64,000 nt of DNA from Planctomycetota bacterium (GTDB taxonomy: Bacteria; Planctomycetota; B15-G4). The first letter of the stretch is position 1; each line of letters starts with the position of its first letter. Where the stretch lies: assembly GCA_052387675.1 (NCBI GenBank), contig JBQTIY010000011.1, positions 212,252 to 276,251 on the forward strand. The letters are read 5' to 3'. The translations under genes were made by a program, and so were the position numbers. The notes beneath the pieces are model-generated. The model saw only the letters and a program-made list of their open reading frames with translations, was not told the origin of the DNA and did no database searches. Of this stretch, positions 35,481 to 44,847 are shown piece after piece.

Positions 35481-37469
35481 TTAGAAGCCGGTTGTGCGCG
35501 GCTTGGCCGTGCGCGCCGCGTTCATCTCTTCGGGCGTGAGCCGGTACATGCGGATCGTGTGACCGATCATGAACTCCGGCTGCTTGTCGGCTAGGAAGGC
35601 ATAGGCCTCGGGCATGCGGAGCTGGAGCGCCAAGTGCACCGCCACCCAGGGCTGCTGCGGAGTGTCGAGATTCTGTCCGCCGAAGATCGGCCGATAGCGC
35701 ACGCCCCAGACCTCGGGATCGCCCTCGGTGTACGGGTCGTAATAGATCCAGTCCGGCTCGTCCGGCTCGTCCGGCGCGCCGGGCGCGACTTGCGCGCGTG
35801 TGCGACTGGCCATCCAGCGCCCGAGGCGCGCCGTGTCCTGGCCCCAGTCGTCGCCGATGATCGACCAGCGCCAGCCGTTCTCGGGTCCGCCCACCCACTC
35901 GTTGAAGTACATGTGGTTCTGCGGCTGGCGCGCGAGGCTGGCGAGGCTGGCCCAGAGCACGAGCACGCCAACGGCGGACATCGTGGGCGCGGCGGCGGCC
36001 GGCGCGCGGCCGGCGCGGAAGAGCAAGGCCGCGGCCACGAGCGGAACGATGAGCGTCAGTTCATGACGGAGGTGCCAGGCTCCCGTGTCGCCGAAGCCGA
36101 AGCGGCCGAGCAGCGCCGCGAGCACGAGCAGCGCGACGGCCAAGCGCCGTTCGCCGCGGCCGAGCAGCGAGGGATCGGCAAAGCGACTGGCCGCCACGGC
36201 GAAGAAGGGCACGACCGGCAGCGCGTACTTGAAGCCAAGCTGCACATCGCCCAGTGAGAGGAAGGCCAGCAGCAGCAGGGGATAGAGCCAGAGCGCCGCT
36301 TCGTGGAGCGCTCCTCGCCAAGCGCGCCACAGCGCCAGCAGCGAGAGCAGCAGCAAGAGCGAGAAGCCCTCGGGATTCTTGATCAGCCAGCTCAGCGCGA
36401 AGAACTCGGGCGCGCCCTGCTTGCTCACCTCTCCGCGCCAGTAGTTGCTGTGCCCCGACTCGGCGTGCTCGGTCTGATGATCGAAACCCTTGAGCAGCGA
36501 GAGCAGCGGAATGGGCTGGTCGCTGCCGAAGACGCGCTGCAGTCCGCTCTCGAGCGCCTCGTTGTGGAAGACGCGGCCGTCGGCGCCCTTGAGTCCGAAG
36601 CGCGGATGCACGCGCGCTTCGGCGAGCGAACGGGCCTCGCCGAGATAGAGCAGCCAGAGCACACCCAAGGCGGCGGCCCCGCCCACAAAGGCCCAGCCCA
36701 GCAGCGCCGGCCGGCGCCAAGCCAGCGCGGCGACCAGCACGATGAGCCCGAAGACCGGCAGGAGCATGAGCGCACTGAGCTTGCTGCCGAGGGCCAGACC
36801 AAGCATCAAAGCGCAGAGCAGCAGGTGTCGCTTGGCTCCGGCTGGCAACGGGCCCTGCCGCTCGCCGTGCAGCCAGCGCCAGAGATGGAAGCAGGCGAGG
36901 AAGCCGAAGACCGTGAGCGCGAAATCGTTGCCGGCGGTCGTGGCGTGCGCAATGAGATTGGGATTGAGCGCGGCGAGCGCCAGCGCCACGAGCCCGGCCG
37001 AGCCGCCGAAGGCCAAGGCCGCCCAACGCCAGACGTAGAGCAGCAGCAGCACGCCGAGGACCAGTCCGGGCAGACGCGCGAGAAAGAGCATCGTGGCCGC
37101 GCTGGCCCGCGGCTGATGCGCGAAGAACTGGAACTCGATGCCGGGCCGCACTTGGTAGTCGGGCGGCAGCTCCAGGTCGAGAGCCAGCAGCGGCAGCGCC
37201 AGCAGATACTTGGCCAGCGGCGGGTGCTCGCGGTTGAACGAGAGGTCGCCGGTGACGAGGTAGCTGTACCCGCTGAGCAGATACATCGGCTCGTCGTAGG
37301 CCTCGGAATCGGAGGCCGCCCGCCAGGCGCCGAGCACCACAAAAAGCAGGACGAGCATCGCAACGAGCCAGCGGTGCTGGCCTGCTGGCCGCTGATCGAC
37401 CGGTTGCGGCGGCGCTGGTGGCGGGGCCTGCGCTGACGTCCCGGCCGGATTGCTCGCCGCCTCACTCAC
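35481..37469 (-). CDS. GT39/ArnT-like (PMT_2) polyprenol-phosphate-dependent glycosyltransferase
   Basis: Sequence DEPMYLLSGYSYL...REHPPLAKYLL. More than 10 TM helices. GTG start. Confidence 0.8.
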   Translation of the reverse strand: MSEAASNPAGTSAQAPPPAPPQPVDQRPAGQHRWLVAMLVLLFVVLGAWRAASDSEAYDEPMYLLSGYSYLVTGDLSFNREHPPLAKYLLALPLLALDLELPPDYQVRPGIEFQFFAHQPRASAATMLFLARLPGLVLGVLLLLYVWRWAALAFGGSAGLVALALAALNPNLIAHATTAGNDFALTVFGFLACFHLWRWLHGERQGPLPAGAKRHLLLCALMLGLALGSKLSALMLLPVFGLIVLVAALAWRRPALLGWAFVGGAAALGVLWLLYLGEARSLAEARVHPRFGLKGADGRVFHNEALESGLQRVFGSDQPIPLLSLLKGFDHQTEHAESGHSNYWRGEVSKQGAPEFFALSWLIKNPEGFSLLLLLSLLALWRAWRGALHEAALWLYPLLLLAFLSLGDVQLGFKYALPVVPFFAVAASRFADPSLLGRGERRLAVALLVLAALLGRFGFGDTGAWHLRHELTLIVPLVAAALLFRAGRAPAAAAPTMSAVGVLVLWASLASLARQPQNHMYFNEWVGGPENGWRWSIIGDDWGQDTARLGRWMASRTRAQVAPGAPDEPDEPDWIYYDPYTEGDPEVWGVRYRPIFGGQNLDTPQQPWVAVHLALQLRMPEAYAFLADKQPEFMIGHTIRMYRLTPEEMNAARTAKPRTTGF

Positions 37470-37536
37470 CGAGCAGATGCTCGCACACGCGACGCGGACC
37501 CGGAAGCCCGCGCCGCGTGTGCGCCTTGCTCAGCGC

Positions 37537-38505
37537 TCAGTTCTGCGGATGCAGCGCGGCCAGCTCGGCGGCGCGCGTGCCGCTCGGCGTGCCTTGGTAC
37601 TTCTTGGCGATGCTCGCGTAAGACTTCACGGCCTTCTCCAGGTCGCCCTTGCGGAAGGTCGACATGGCTTCCTGCAGCTTGTCCCAGGCGGCCAATTCGT
37701 TCTTGGCCTCCTTGTTCTTCAGCAGGGCCTCGGCCGCCGCCTTCGCCGCCTCGGCTCCCGGCACGCTCACGAAGAGACGTGCAATCTCTTCATAGCGCCC
37801 AAGCGCCTCACCGTAGGCATTGCCCTCAGCCTTGGCCTTCGCTTCGCCGAGACGCGTTTCGAGCAACGCTGTGATGGCGCCCTGAGCCGCCTTCGCCACA
37901 GCGTCCTCCTGGTTCTTCACCAGGTGCTTAGCGAGAGCTGCCCAAGCCTTGCCGAAGGCTCGCTGTGCGAGCAATTCATTGATGGCCTCGTAGTCGCCGG
38001 CCAACGGCGGAATGACATCGACGTCCTTCAGCGCCTCCGTGATGAGCTCGTCGTCGAAGTTGCCCGGATGACCGGACCACACGACGAAACCCTTGGCATC
38101 AATGAGGTAGGCAGACGGGAAGCCTGCCACGCCGTACTGGCGGTCGAAGTCCTCGCCAGAAACCATGGCGATGGGAAAACGCATCTTCTTCTTGACGGCG
38201 TCTTTCGACACCAAACTGTCGGGTTCGTTGGTCACGCCAACGACCACAAGCCCCTGCGGCCCGAACTTTTCAGAAATCTTGTTCAGGTGCGGAACTTGTG
38301 AGGTGCAAGGGCCTCACCAGGTACGCCAAGCCTCGATGAAAACAAGCCGTCCGCCCAGGTCGCTCAAGCTGCCTTTGGAGCTGGAGTGATTGATCCACGT
38401 GGCCTCGAAGTCCGGGGCCACGCTGCCAACCTTGACTGTCACGTCGTCGCTGCTGGGAGCAGCAGCGAGGGCCGTGAGGGCGGCAGCCGCGATGAGCATA
38501 CGCAT
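37537..38505 (-). CDS. TlpA/ResA-like thioredoxin-fold protein with TPR-like C-terminal domain; in-frame TGA (38314-38316) read as selenocysteine in a UGPC motif
   Basis: ORFs 38314..38733 and 37537..38247 are in the same frame. The junction translates as FIEAWRTW-TGA-GPCTSQVPHLN, so the TGA sits at the first Cys of WCGPC. GAGGAG SD before the ATG at 38505. Signal peptide present. Confidence 0.7.
38245..38316 (-). promoter_or_regulatory. candidate bacterial SECIS region downstream of the UGA
   Basis: Hand-folded. Outer stem CACAAG/CUUGUG, inner stems UUCC/GGGG and CCUGAAC/GUUCGGG, 14-nt apical loop starting about 37 nt after the UGA. Not verified computationally. Confidence 0.3.
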
Positions 38506-38720
38506 GAGCGATCTCCTCGGGGGAATGCCGGAGCGCTCACGATCCGAGGGACCACGACGGCCCTCGCCATCCGAGCACTTGGGGGCCCACGCTACGCGAA
38601 TGCCTAGGGGTGTCAAGCAAGAAGGCTGCTCCGTGGCGCTTGCTAAGATCGCTCGCAGGAATCCGGTTCCTGCGCGGCCTCTCACGCCGCTCTTCAGCAC
38701 CCGCACCCGAGAGATGACTG

Positions 38721-39122
38721 ATGCCCTCCGCAAACCATGGCCCGTCCGGACCCTTGAAGGCCGTCGCCGTGATCGGCGCCTCCGCCGACCGCAGCAAGTT
38801 CGGGAACAAGGCCGTGCGCGCCTATCAGCGGCAGGGCTGGACGGTCTACCCGGTGCACCCCAAGCTCAAGGAAGTTGAGGGCCTGCCGGCCTTCGCCTCC
38901 GTGCGCGGGCTGCCCGGTCCGGTGCAACGCATCGCCATCTATCTGCCGCCGGAACTCGGTCTCAGCGTGCTGCCCGACATCGCCGCCACGCCGCACGAAG
39001 AGTTCTTTGTGAACCCGGGCGCGGAGAGCGGCCCGCTGCTCGCCGCAGCGCGCAAGCTGGGCCTTGCCCCGCTGGAAGCCTGCGCCATCGTGGACGTGGG
39101 CGTCAGCCCCGCTTCGCTCTAG
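38721..39122 (+). CDS. CoA-binding domain protein (YccU/YneT-like)
   Basis: Sequence KAVAVIGASADRSKFGNKAVRAYQRQGWTVYPVHP... Confidence 0.85.
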   Translation: MPSANHGPSGPLKAVAVIGASADRSKFGNKAVRAYQRQGWTVYPVHPKLKEVEGLPAFASVRGLPGPVQRIAIYLPPELGLSVLPDIAATPHEEFFVNPGAESGPLLAAARKLGLAPLEACAIVDVGVSPASL

Positions 39123-39156
39123 TCGGCACGCGCGCGCGCCGCTGGTGCGCGGACGA

Positions 39157-40029
39157 TCAGAGCCCCGCGAAGGAAGGCGAGCGCCAGAGCGCCACGCCCA
39201 GCGCGGCGACAAGGCAAGCGCCGCCGAAGGCCCAGGCGCCGACACGCCACGCTCCAGATCTCAGGGCCGCTGCGCCTTGCGGGAGCAGCGCCGGAACGAG
39301 CGGCGCGGCGGCCAGCAGCACGGCGCTGGCGGCGGGCAACTCGGAGACATGCAGTCCGGCGAGTGTCAGCGCGAAGAGGACCAGCACGAAGACCGGCTGC
39401 GCCGCGGCGAGTCGCGGCGTGCGCCAGTGCAGCCAGCCCAGCACGAGCACGGCACCGGCCGCGGCCGTCAGCGCACCGGCCAAACGCGCCTGCTGCTCGC
39501 TGCCCGATAGGCCCAGGCAGGCCGAGAGCGTCAGGCAGAGCGCGAAGTTGCCGACCGCGCTGGCCGTTTCGTCGCGCACCGCAGTGCGTTCCTGCGCCCA
39601 GAACACCACGGCTGCGAGCAGGATGGGAAGAGCCAGCGCGAAGAACACTGCCAGCAACGTCGGGTCGGTTGCCGCAGCCTTCAGTACACGCCGAATCGCC
39701 GGTCCGGCGAGCGTGTAGGCCACCACGCCCGCCACTGTGATGCGCACAACCCAGCCCAGCGCGCGCGGAGCCCGGCGCGTGAGCGCCGTGCCGCCCAGCA
39801 CCACGCCGAGCAGGGCCGCGAGCGGCACCCAGTCCACTGCCGAGCGCGGCGACCACCCGCGCCAGCCGGTCAGGACGTAATGGCCGGCTAGGTAGCCGGC
39901 CCCGACCGCGAGCGCGAGGAGCCAGTCGCCGAAGCGACCGGCCGGCCGCCACCGCGTGAGCAAGAGCAGCGCTCCGGCAAGCAACGCCGGCACGAGCGCT
40001 CCCGGCAGCAGATCCACGAACTCTGGCAC
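39157..40029 (-). CDS. hypothetical polytopic membrane protein (290 aa)
   Basis: 8-9 hydrophobic helices. GTG start. No family recognised. Confidence 0.5.
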   Translation of the reverse strand: MPEFVDLLPGALVPALLAGALLLLTRWRPAGRFGDWLLALAVGAGYLAGHYVLTGWRGWSPRSAVDWVPLAALLGVVLGGTALTRRAPRALGWVVRITVAGVVAYTLAGPAIRRVLKAAATDPTLLAVFFALALPILLAAVVFWAQERTAVRDETASAVGNFALCLTLSACLGLSGSEQQARLAGALTAAAGAVLVLGWLHWRTPRLAAAQPVFVLVLFALTLAGLHVSELPAASAVLLAAAPLVPALLPQGAAALRSGAWRVGAWAFGGACLVAALGVALWRSPSFAGL

Positions 40030-40066
40030 GAGCGCGCTCTCGCTGCTCCCGTTCGGCCGCCGCCGC

Positions 40067-40753
40067 TCAGCCCTTGGCTCGCGCCTCGAGGGAGACGATG
40101 ACGTGCACGTCTTCGCCGAGTGAACCCGGGCCGTAGCTCACGTCGAACTCGCTGCGCTGGATCGTGAACGTGACCTCGAAGCCGATGAAGGAGTTGCCCT
40201 TGTCGTCGCGCGCGGCACCTGTGCGCTCGGCCTTGGCCAGGACGCTCTTGGTGACGCCACGCAGAGTGAGATCACCCTGGACGTCGTAGTGCGTGTCGTC
40301 GACCTTCGTGACCTTGGTGCTCTTGAAGACGATTTCGGGGAACTCTTTAGCCGAGAAGAAGTCCGGGCCGCGCAGGTGCTGGTCGCGCTTCTCGTTGTTG
40401 CTGTCGACGCTCTCCGCCGGAACGGTGACTTCCACTGAGCTGCCGGCCGCGTCCTGCTCGTCCAGCACGAAGTGGCCGCTCAGTTCGTTGAAGCGGCCGT
40501 AGAAGTTGGCCAAGTCCTTGTGACGCACCTTGAAGACCATCGAGGAGTGCACTGGATCGATGTCGTAGCGCAGGGGCTTGAGCGCGGCGGCCGCGGCCGG
40601 TGCGCTGAGCGTCGGCGCGGTGAGCGTCGGCGCGGCGACGAGCAGCACCGGTTGGGCAGCCGCAGCGGCAGCGCGGGCGCGCAACACGAGCGCGGAGGGC
40701 AGCACGACCACGGCCAGAAGCACGACGATCAACACGGGAAGTCGGCGAAACAT
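40067..40753 (-). CDS. YceI family periplasmic protein
   Basis: Signal peptide followed by YDIDPVHSSMVFKVRHKDLANFYGRFNELSGHF. Confidence 0.85.
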   Translation of the reverse strand: MFRRLPVLIVVLLAVVVLPSALVLRARAAAAAAQPVLLVAAPTLTAPTLSAPAAAAALKPLRYDIDPVHSSMVFKVRHKDLANFYGRFNELSGHFVLDEQDAAGSSVEVTVPAESVDSNNEKRDQHLRGPDFFSAKEFPEIVFKSTKVTKVDDTHYDVQGDLTLRGVTKSVLAKAERTGAARDDKGNSFIGFEVTFTIQRSEFDVSYGPGSLGEDVHVIVSLEARAKG

Positions 40754-40912
40754 GGGACACCTCGGTCAGCGGGAAACGGGAAGCGGGATCGAAGGGAGGC
40801 CTTGATAGCCTTGGATCCCATGACTGTCCCCGATGCAGGACCCGCTGTGCAACGCCGACCCCGGCCAAGCGCGCTCCGGCCGGCCTGGCGCCGCCTCGCG
40901 GCGACAGCCTGA

Positions 40913-41878
40913 ATGCGTGGCCTGGTCATCGAGCGCGGCCGGGTCACGCTGCGCAACGACCTGCCCGAGCCCGTGCCCCCGCCGGGCGAGAGCCTGGTGC
41001 AGGTGCTGCTGGCCGGCATCTGCGCCACCGACCTGGCGCTCGCGCGCGGCTACATCGGCTTTGCCGGCGTGCCGGGCCACGAGTTTGTGGGACGCGCGCT
41101 CAGCGGGCCGCTGGCCGGCCAGCGCGTGGTCGGCGAGATCAATGCGGGCTGCGGACGCGCCGAGTGCCCCGAATGCCGGCGCGAGGATCCGCGCCACTGT
41201 CCAAGGCGCACGGTGCTCGGCATTCTCGGGCGCAGCGGCGCCTTCGCCGGGCGCCTCGTGCTGCCCGACCGCAACTTGCACGCTGTGCCTGACTCGGTGA
41301 GCGACGAGCAGGCCGTCTTCGCCGAGCCCTGGGCGGCCGCTCTGCACGCTGCGGAGCAGTTGCCCGCCGTGCGAGGCCAACGCGTGCTGGTCGCAGGCGA
41401 CGGACGCCTCGGCCTGCTCTGCGCGCACGCTCTCGCGCGGGCCGGCGCGCACGTCACCGTGGCCGGGCGTCATCCCGAGCGCACGGCGCTGCTGCCGGCC
41501 GGTGCGCGCTTGGTCACTGGGTGGCTTGAAGCTGAAATCGCCGACGGCCGCACCGATTCGTTCCCATACGCGGTGGAAGCGACGGGCCGCCCCGAGACGC
41601 TCGCGCGCTTGCTGGCGCGCGTCGCGCCGCGCGGCACGATCGTGCTGAAGACGACCTGCGAAACTCCCGCTCCGCTCGATCTGGCGCCGCTCGTCGTGAA
41701 CGAGCAGGCCCTCATCGGCAGCCGCTGCGGCCGCATGGCGCCCGCGATTGCGGCGCTGCGCGACAATCCGCCGCCGATTGCAGCTTTTGGCGCCGAGCGT
41801 TTTCCGCTGAGCGACGCTGTCGCTGCGCTGGCCCACGCGAGCAAGCGCGGCGTGCTCAAAGTCTTGCTCGACGTGTGA
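40913..41878 (+). CDS. zinc-binding alcohol dehydrogenase family (MDR) oxidoreductase
   Basis: Sequence GICATDLALARGYIGFAGVPGHEFVG and a Cys cluster GCGRAECPECRR. Confidence 0.85.
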   Translation: MRGLVIERGRVTLRNDLPEPVPPPGESLVQVLLAGICATDLALARGYIGFAGVPGHEFVGRALSGPLAGQRVVGEINAGCGRAECPECRREDPRHCPRRTVLGILGRSGAFAGRLVLPDRNLHAVPDSVSDEQAVFAEPWAAALHAAEQLPAVRGQRVLVAGDGRLGLLCAHALARAGAHVTVAGRHPERTALLPAGARLVTGWLEAEIADGRTDSFPYAVEATGRPETLARLLARVAPRGTIVLKTTCETPAPLDLAPLVVNEQALIGSRCGRMAPAIAALRDNPPPIAAFGAERFPLSDAVAALAHASKRGVLKVLLDV

Positions 41879-41894
41879 CGCACTCATGTGCGGG

Positions 41895-41937
41895 CCGCGC
41901 CCGCGCTGAAAAAAACTCGCCGCGCGGGGGCGGTTTT
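41895..41937 (+). terminator. candidate intrinsic terminator
   Basis: CCGCGCCCGCG ... CGCGGGGGCGG pairs 10 of 11 positions and is followed by TTTT, 17 nt after the stop. Confidence 0.45.
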
Positions 41938-42034
41938 GCTGGTCAGGCGCGCCGATCCTGCCTAGGGTGCGAGTCGAGTCGCGCGCAACGCCGGCTCGCG
42001 CACCACTGAGCCCGCGCAACACTGAGGAGGCCGC

Positions 42035-43447
42035 ATGGTCACCGCGTCCCCCCGCGGCATCACGCCGCGCACCTACCGCGCCTACACCCGCAAGGATCTC
42101 GAACGGATCCCGCAGTTGCAGAGTCTGAGCCCCGAGGCTCGGCTCGAAATGCAGGCCGTCTCGGCCGTGCTGCCCTTCAAGGTGAACAGCTACATCATCG
42201 ACCGGCTGATCGACTGGGAGGACATTCCCGACGATCCCATCTTTCAGCTCACTTTTCCGCAGGCCGGCATGCTCGAGCCGCAGGATCTGCGGCGCATGGT
42301 GCGCCTCGTACGCGAAGAGGCTTCAGATAAGGCCGTGCAGGAGGCCGCGCGCCGCATTCAGCGCCGGCTGAATCCTCACCCAGCCGGCCAGCTCGATCTC
42401 AACGTGCCGCAGCTCGACGGCGAGCGCCTGCCGGGCTTTCAGCACAAGTATCGCGAGACGGTGCTCTTCTTTCCGCAGCAGGGGCAGACCTGCCACGCCT
42501 ACTGCACCTACTGCTTCCGCTGGGCGCAGTTCGTGGGCATCGACGAACTGAAGTTCGCGCAGCGCGAGGCCTCCACGCTGGCGAACTACGTCGCTGTGCA
42601 CCCGGAAGTGCAGAGCGTGCTCTTCACGGGCGGCGACCCGCTCATCATGAAGAGCAGCTTGCTGCGCCGCTACATCGAGCCATTGCTCGCGCCGGAGCTT
42701 GAGCACTTGGTGAGCATCCGGCTCGGCACTAAGTCCACCACCTACTGGCCCTACCGCTTCCTCACCGACCCGGATGCCGACGACCTGCTGCGGCTCTTCG
42801 AGAGCGTCGTACGAGCCGGCCATCACCTCTCGATCATGGCGCACGTCAGCCATCCGCGCGAGTTGGAAACGCGCGAAGCGCAGATGGCCGTCCGGCGCAT
42901 CCTGCGCACCGGCGCCGCCGTGCGCTGCCAAGCTCCGCTCATCCGGCACGTGAATGACAGCGCCCGCCTCTGGAGCGAGATGTGGCAGGCTCAGATCCGG
43001 CTCGGGGCGGTGCCGTACTACATGTTCGTCGAGCGGGACACCGGCCCCAAGGGCTACTTCGACGTGCCGCTCGCGCGCGCCTTCGAGATTTACACGCGCG
43101 CTACGCGGCGCGTCTCAGGGCTGGCGCGCACCGTGCGCGGACCGTCCATGTCGGCGACGCCCGGCAAAGTCGTGGTCGATGCCGTGGCCGACGTGGCCGG
43201 CGAGCAGGTCTTCGTGCTCAAGTTCCTGCAGGCCCGCGACCCGGCCTGGGTGAATCGCGTCTTCTTCGCCGCCTTCGATCCCGCGGCGACCTGGCTCACC
43301 GACCTGCGGCCCGCCTTTGGTGAGCAGGAGTTCTTCTTCGAACCGGCAATGGAAGCGCTGCGGCGTCAGGGCGGACAGTCGGCCTGGGGTCAGCCGCCGG
43401 GGCGTCGCGCAAAGGCTTCGCAGTTCGGCCACGTGGAGTGGGAGTAG
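42035..43447 (+). CDS. KamA family radical SAM protein (lysine 2,3-aminomutase-like)
   Basis: GAGGAGG SD. CHAYCTYCFRWAQ (CxxxCxxC) in a KamA-like context. Confidence 0.85.
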   Translation: MVTASPRGITPRTYRAYTRKDLERIPQLQSLSPEARLEMQAVSAVLPFKVNSYIIDRLIDWEDIPDDPIFQLTFPQAGMLEPQDLRRMVRLVREEASDKAVQEAARRIQRRLNPHPAGQLDLNVPQLDGERLPGFQHKYRETVLFFPQQGQTCHAYCTYCFRWAQFVGIDELKFAQREASTLANYVAVHPEVQSVLFTGGDPLIMKSSLLRRYIEPLLAPELEHLVSIRLGTKSTTYWPYRFLTDPDADDLLRLFESVVRAGHHLSIMAHVSHPRELETREAQMAVRRILRTGAAVRCQAPLIRHVNDSARLWSEMWQAQIRLGAVPYYMFVERDTGPKGYFDVPLARAFEIYTRATRRVSGLARTVRGPSMSATPGKVVVDAVADVAGEQVFVLKFLQARDPAWVNRVFFAAFDPAATWLTDLRPAFGEQEFFFEPAMEALRRQGGQSAWGQPPGRRAKASQFGHVEWE

Positions 43448-43492
43448 CTCGCGGTGGAGTGGGAGTCGTCGCGCGCGGCGAGGCCGGGTCCC

Positions 43493-44767
43493 TCAGACCG
43501 CCTCGCCCGCTGCTGCGCCGGAGGCCCAGGCCCACTGGAAGTTGAAGCCGCCCAGCCAGCCGGTCACGTCGACGACCTCGCCGATGAAGTGCAGGCCGGG
43601 GACTTCGCGAGCCTCAAGCGTGCGTGAGGAGAGTGCGCGCGTGTCGACGCCGCCGAGCGTGACCTCGGCCTTGGCGTAGCCGGCGTCGGCGGCGGGCCGC
43701 GCGCGCCAGTCGGAAAGCAGGCGCGCCGCCGCCACGAGGTCTTGATCGGCGCACTGGCCGATCGGGCGCTCGCTGGCCAAGAGAAGTCGCGGCGTGGCCG
43801 CGGCCGCGCCCGCGCCCACCCCCACGCCCGGGCCGGCGCCCTCCAGCAGCACGTCGATGAGGCGCCGGGGCAGGCTCTCGGCCAGCACGTTGCGCAAGCT
43901 CATCGCCCCGCCCGCGGCACTGCCGGCCGACTTGCGTGCACGCAGCGCGGCGAGGAGGTCTTCGTCGGGGCGCCAATCGATGCTGAGTTCGCTGCCCGGC
44001 CGCCACACATTGCTGATCTGCAAGATCGCAGGCCCGGAGAGCCCGTCGTGCGTGAAGAGCACGTTCTCCAGAAAGCTCGCGCCCGCGCAGCGCACGCGCG
44101 CGAAGACGGCGATGCCGGCCAGCGGGCCGTAGCGCGCGCGATCGGGGCCGCTCCACAAGAGTGGCACGAGGCCGGGGCGCGACGGCACGAGCGGCAGGCC
44201 GAACTGCCGCGCGAGGCGATAACCGAAATCGCTCACGCCGAGCCGCGGCCAGGCGAGTCCACCCGTGGCCACGACAAGCGAGGAGCAGGTGAGCTCCTGT
44301 CCGCCAGCCGCGACCAGAAAGCGCGAGGCATCGGAGGCTGCGCCATCCAGCCGGCGCACGGAGTGCACCTCGCAGCCGGTGCGCAACTCGACACCGGCCT
44401 GCTCGCATTCGTCGAGCAGCAGCCCGAGGATGCGCTTCGCCGAGTCGTCGCAAAAGAGCTGGCCCCATTTGCGCTCGTGGAAGGGCAGGCCGTGGGCCTC
44501 GACGAGTTGCAGGAAGTCCTCGGGCCCAAAGCGCGCCAAGGCCGAGCGCGGGAAGTCGGCGTTGCCGGTGTGAAAGTTTTCGGCCCCGACGCGCCGGTTG
44601 GTGAAGTTGCAGCGGCCGCCGCCGGAAACCAGGATCTTGAGCCCCGGGCGCGCGTTGCGCTCCAGCACCAGCACGCGCCGGCCTCGCCGCGCGGCCACGC
44701 GCGCGCACATGAGCCCGGCCGCGCCCGCGCCGAGGACGATCACATCGTGCTGCTGCGGAAGCGTCAT
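43493..44767 (-). CDS. HI0933/BaiN-like NAD(P)/FAD-dependent oxidoreductase
   Basis: ATG at 44767. Sequence DVIVLGAGAAGLMCA...VSGGGRCNFTN. Confidence 0.85.
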   Translation of the reverse strand: MTLPQQHDVIVLGAGAAGLMCARVAARRGRRVLVLERNARPGLKILVSGGGRCNFTNRRVGAENFHTGNADFPRSALARFGPEDFLQLVEAHGLPFHERKWGQLFCDDSAKRILGLLLDECEQAGVELRTGCEVHSVRRLDGAASDASRFLVAAGGQELTCSSLVVATGGLAWPRLGVSDFGYRLARQFGLPLVPSRPGLVPLLWSGPDRARYGPLAGIAVFARVRCAGASFLENVLFTHDGLSGPAILQISNVWRPGSELSIDWRPDEDLLAALRARKSAGSAAGGAMSLRNVLAESLPRRLIDVLLEGAGPGVGVGAGAAAATPRLLLASERPIGQCADQDLVAAARLLSDWRARPAADAGYAKAEVTLGGVDTRALSSRTLEAREVPGLHFIGEVVDVTGWLGGFNFQWAWASGAAAGEAV

Positions 44768-44847
44768 GATCTCGAGGGGAGGGCCGCGAACGGGGACTCG
44801 CCCGCGTCGCGCCGTTTCGCTACGTTGCCGGCCCCCCGGAGCATCGC

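Noticed and set aside
38506-38720. tRNA-Sec (selC) or another RNA gene in the 215-bp spacer next to the selenoprotein gene
   Set aside because: There is no UCA anticodon loop context (CTTCAAA), no T-arm GGTTCGA-type box and no acceptor-stem pairing. The spacer is more likely a divergent promoter region; a TTGACA box is present on the minus strand.
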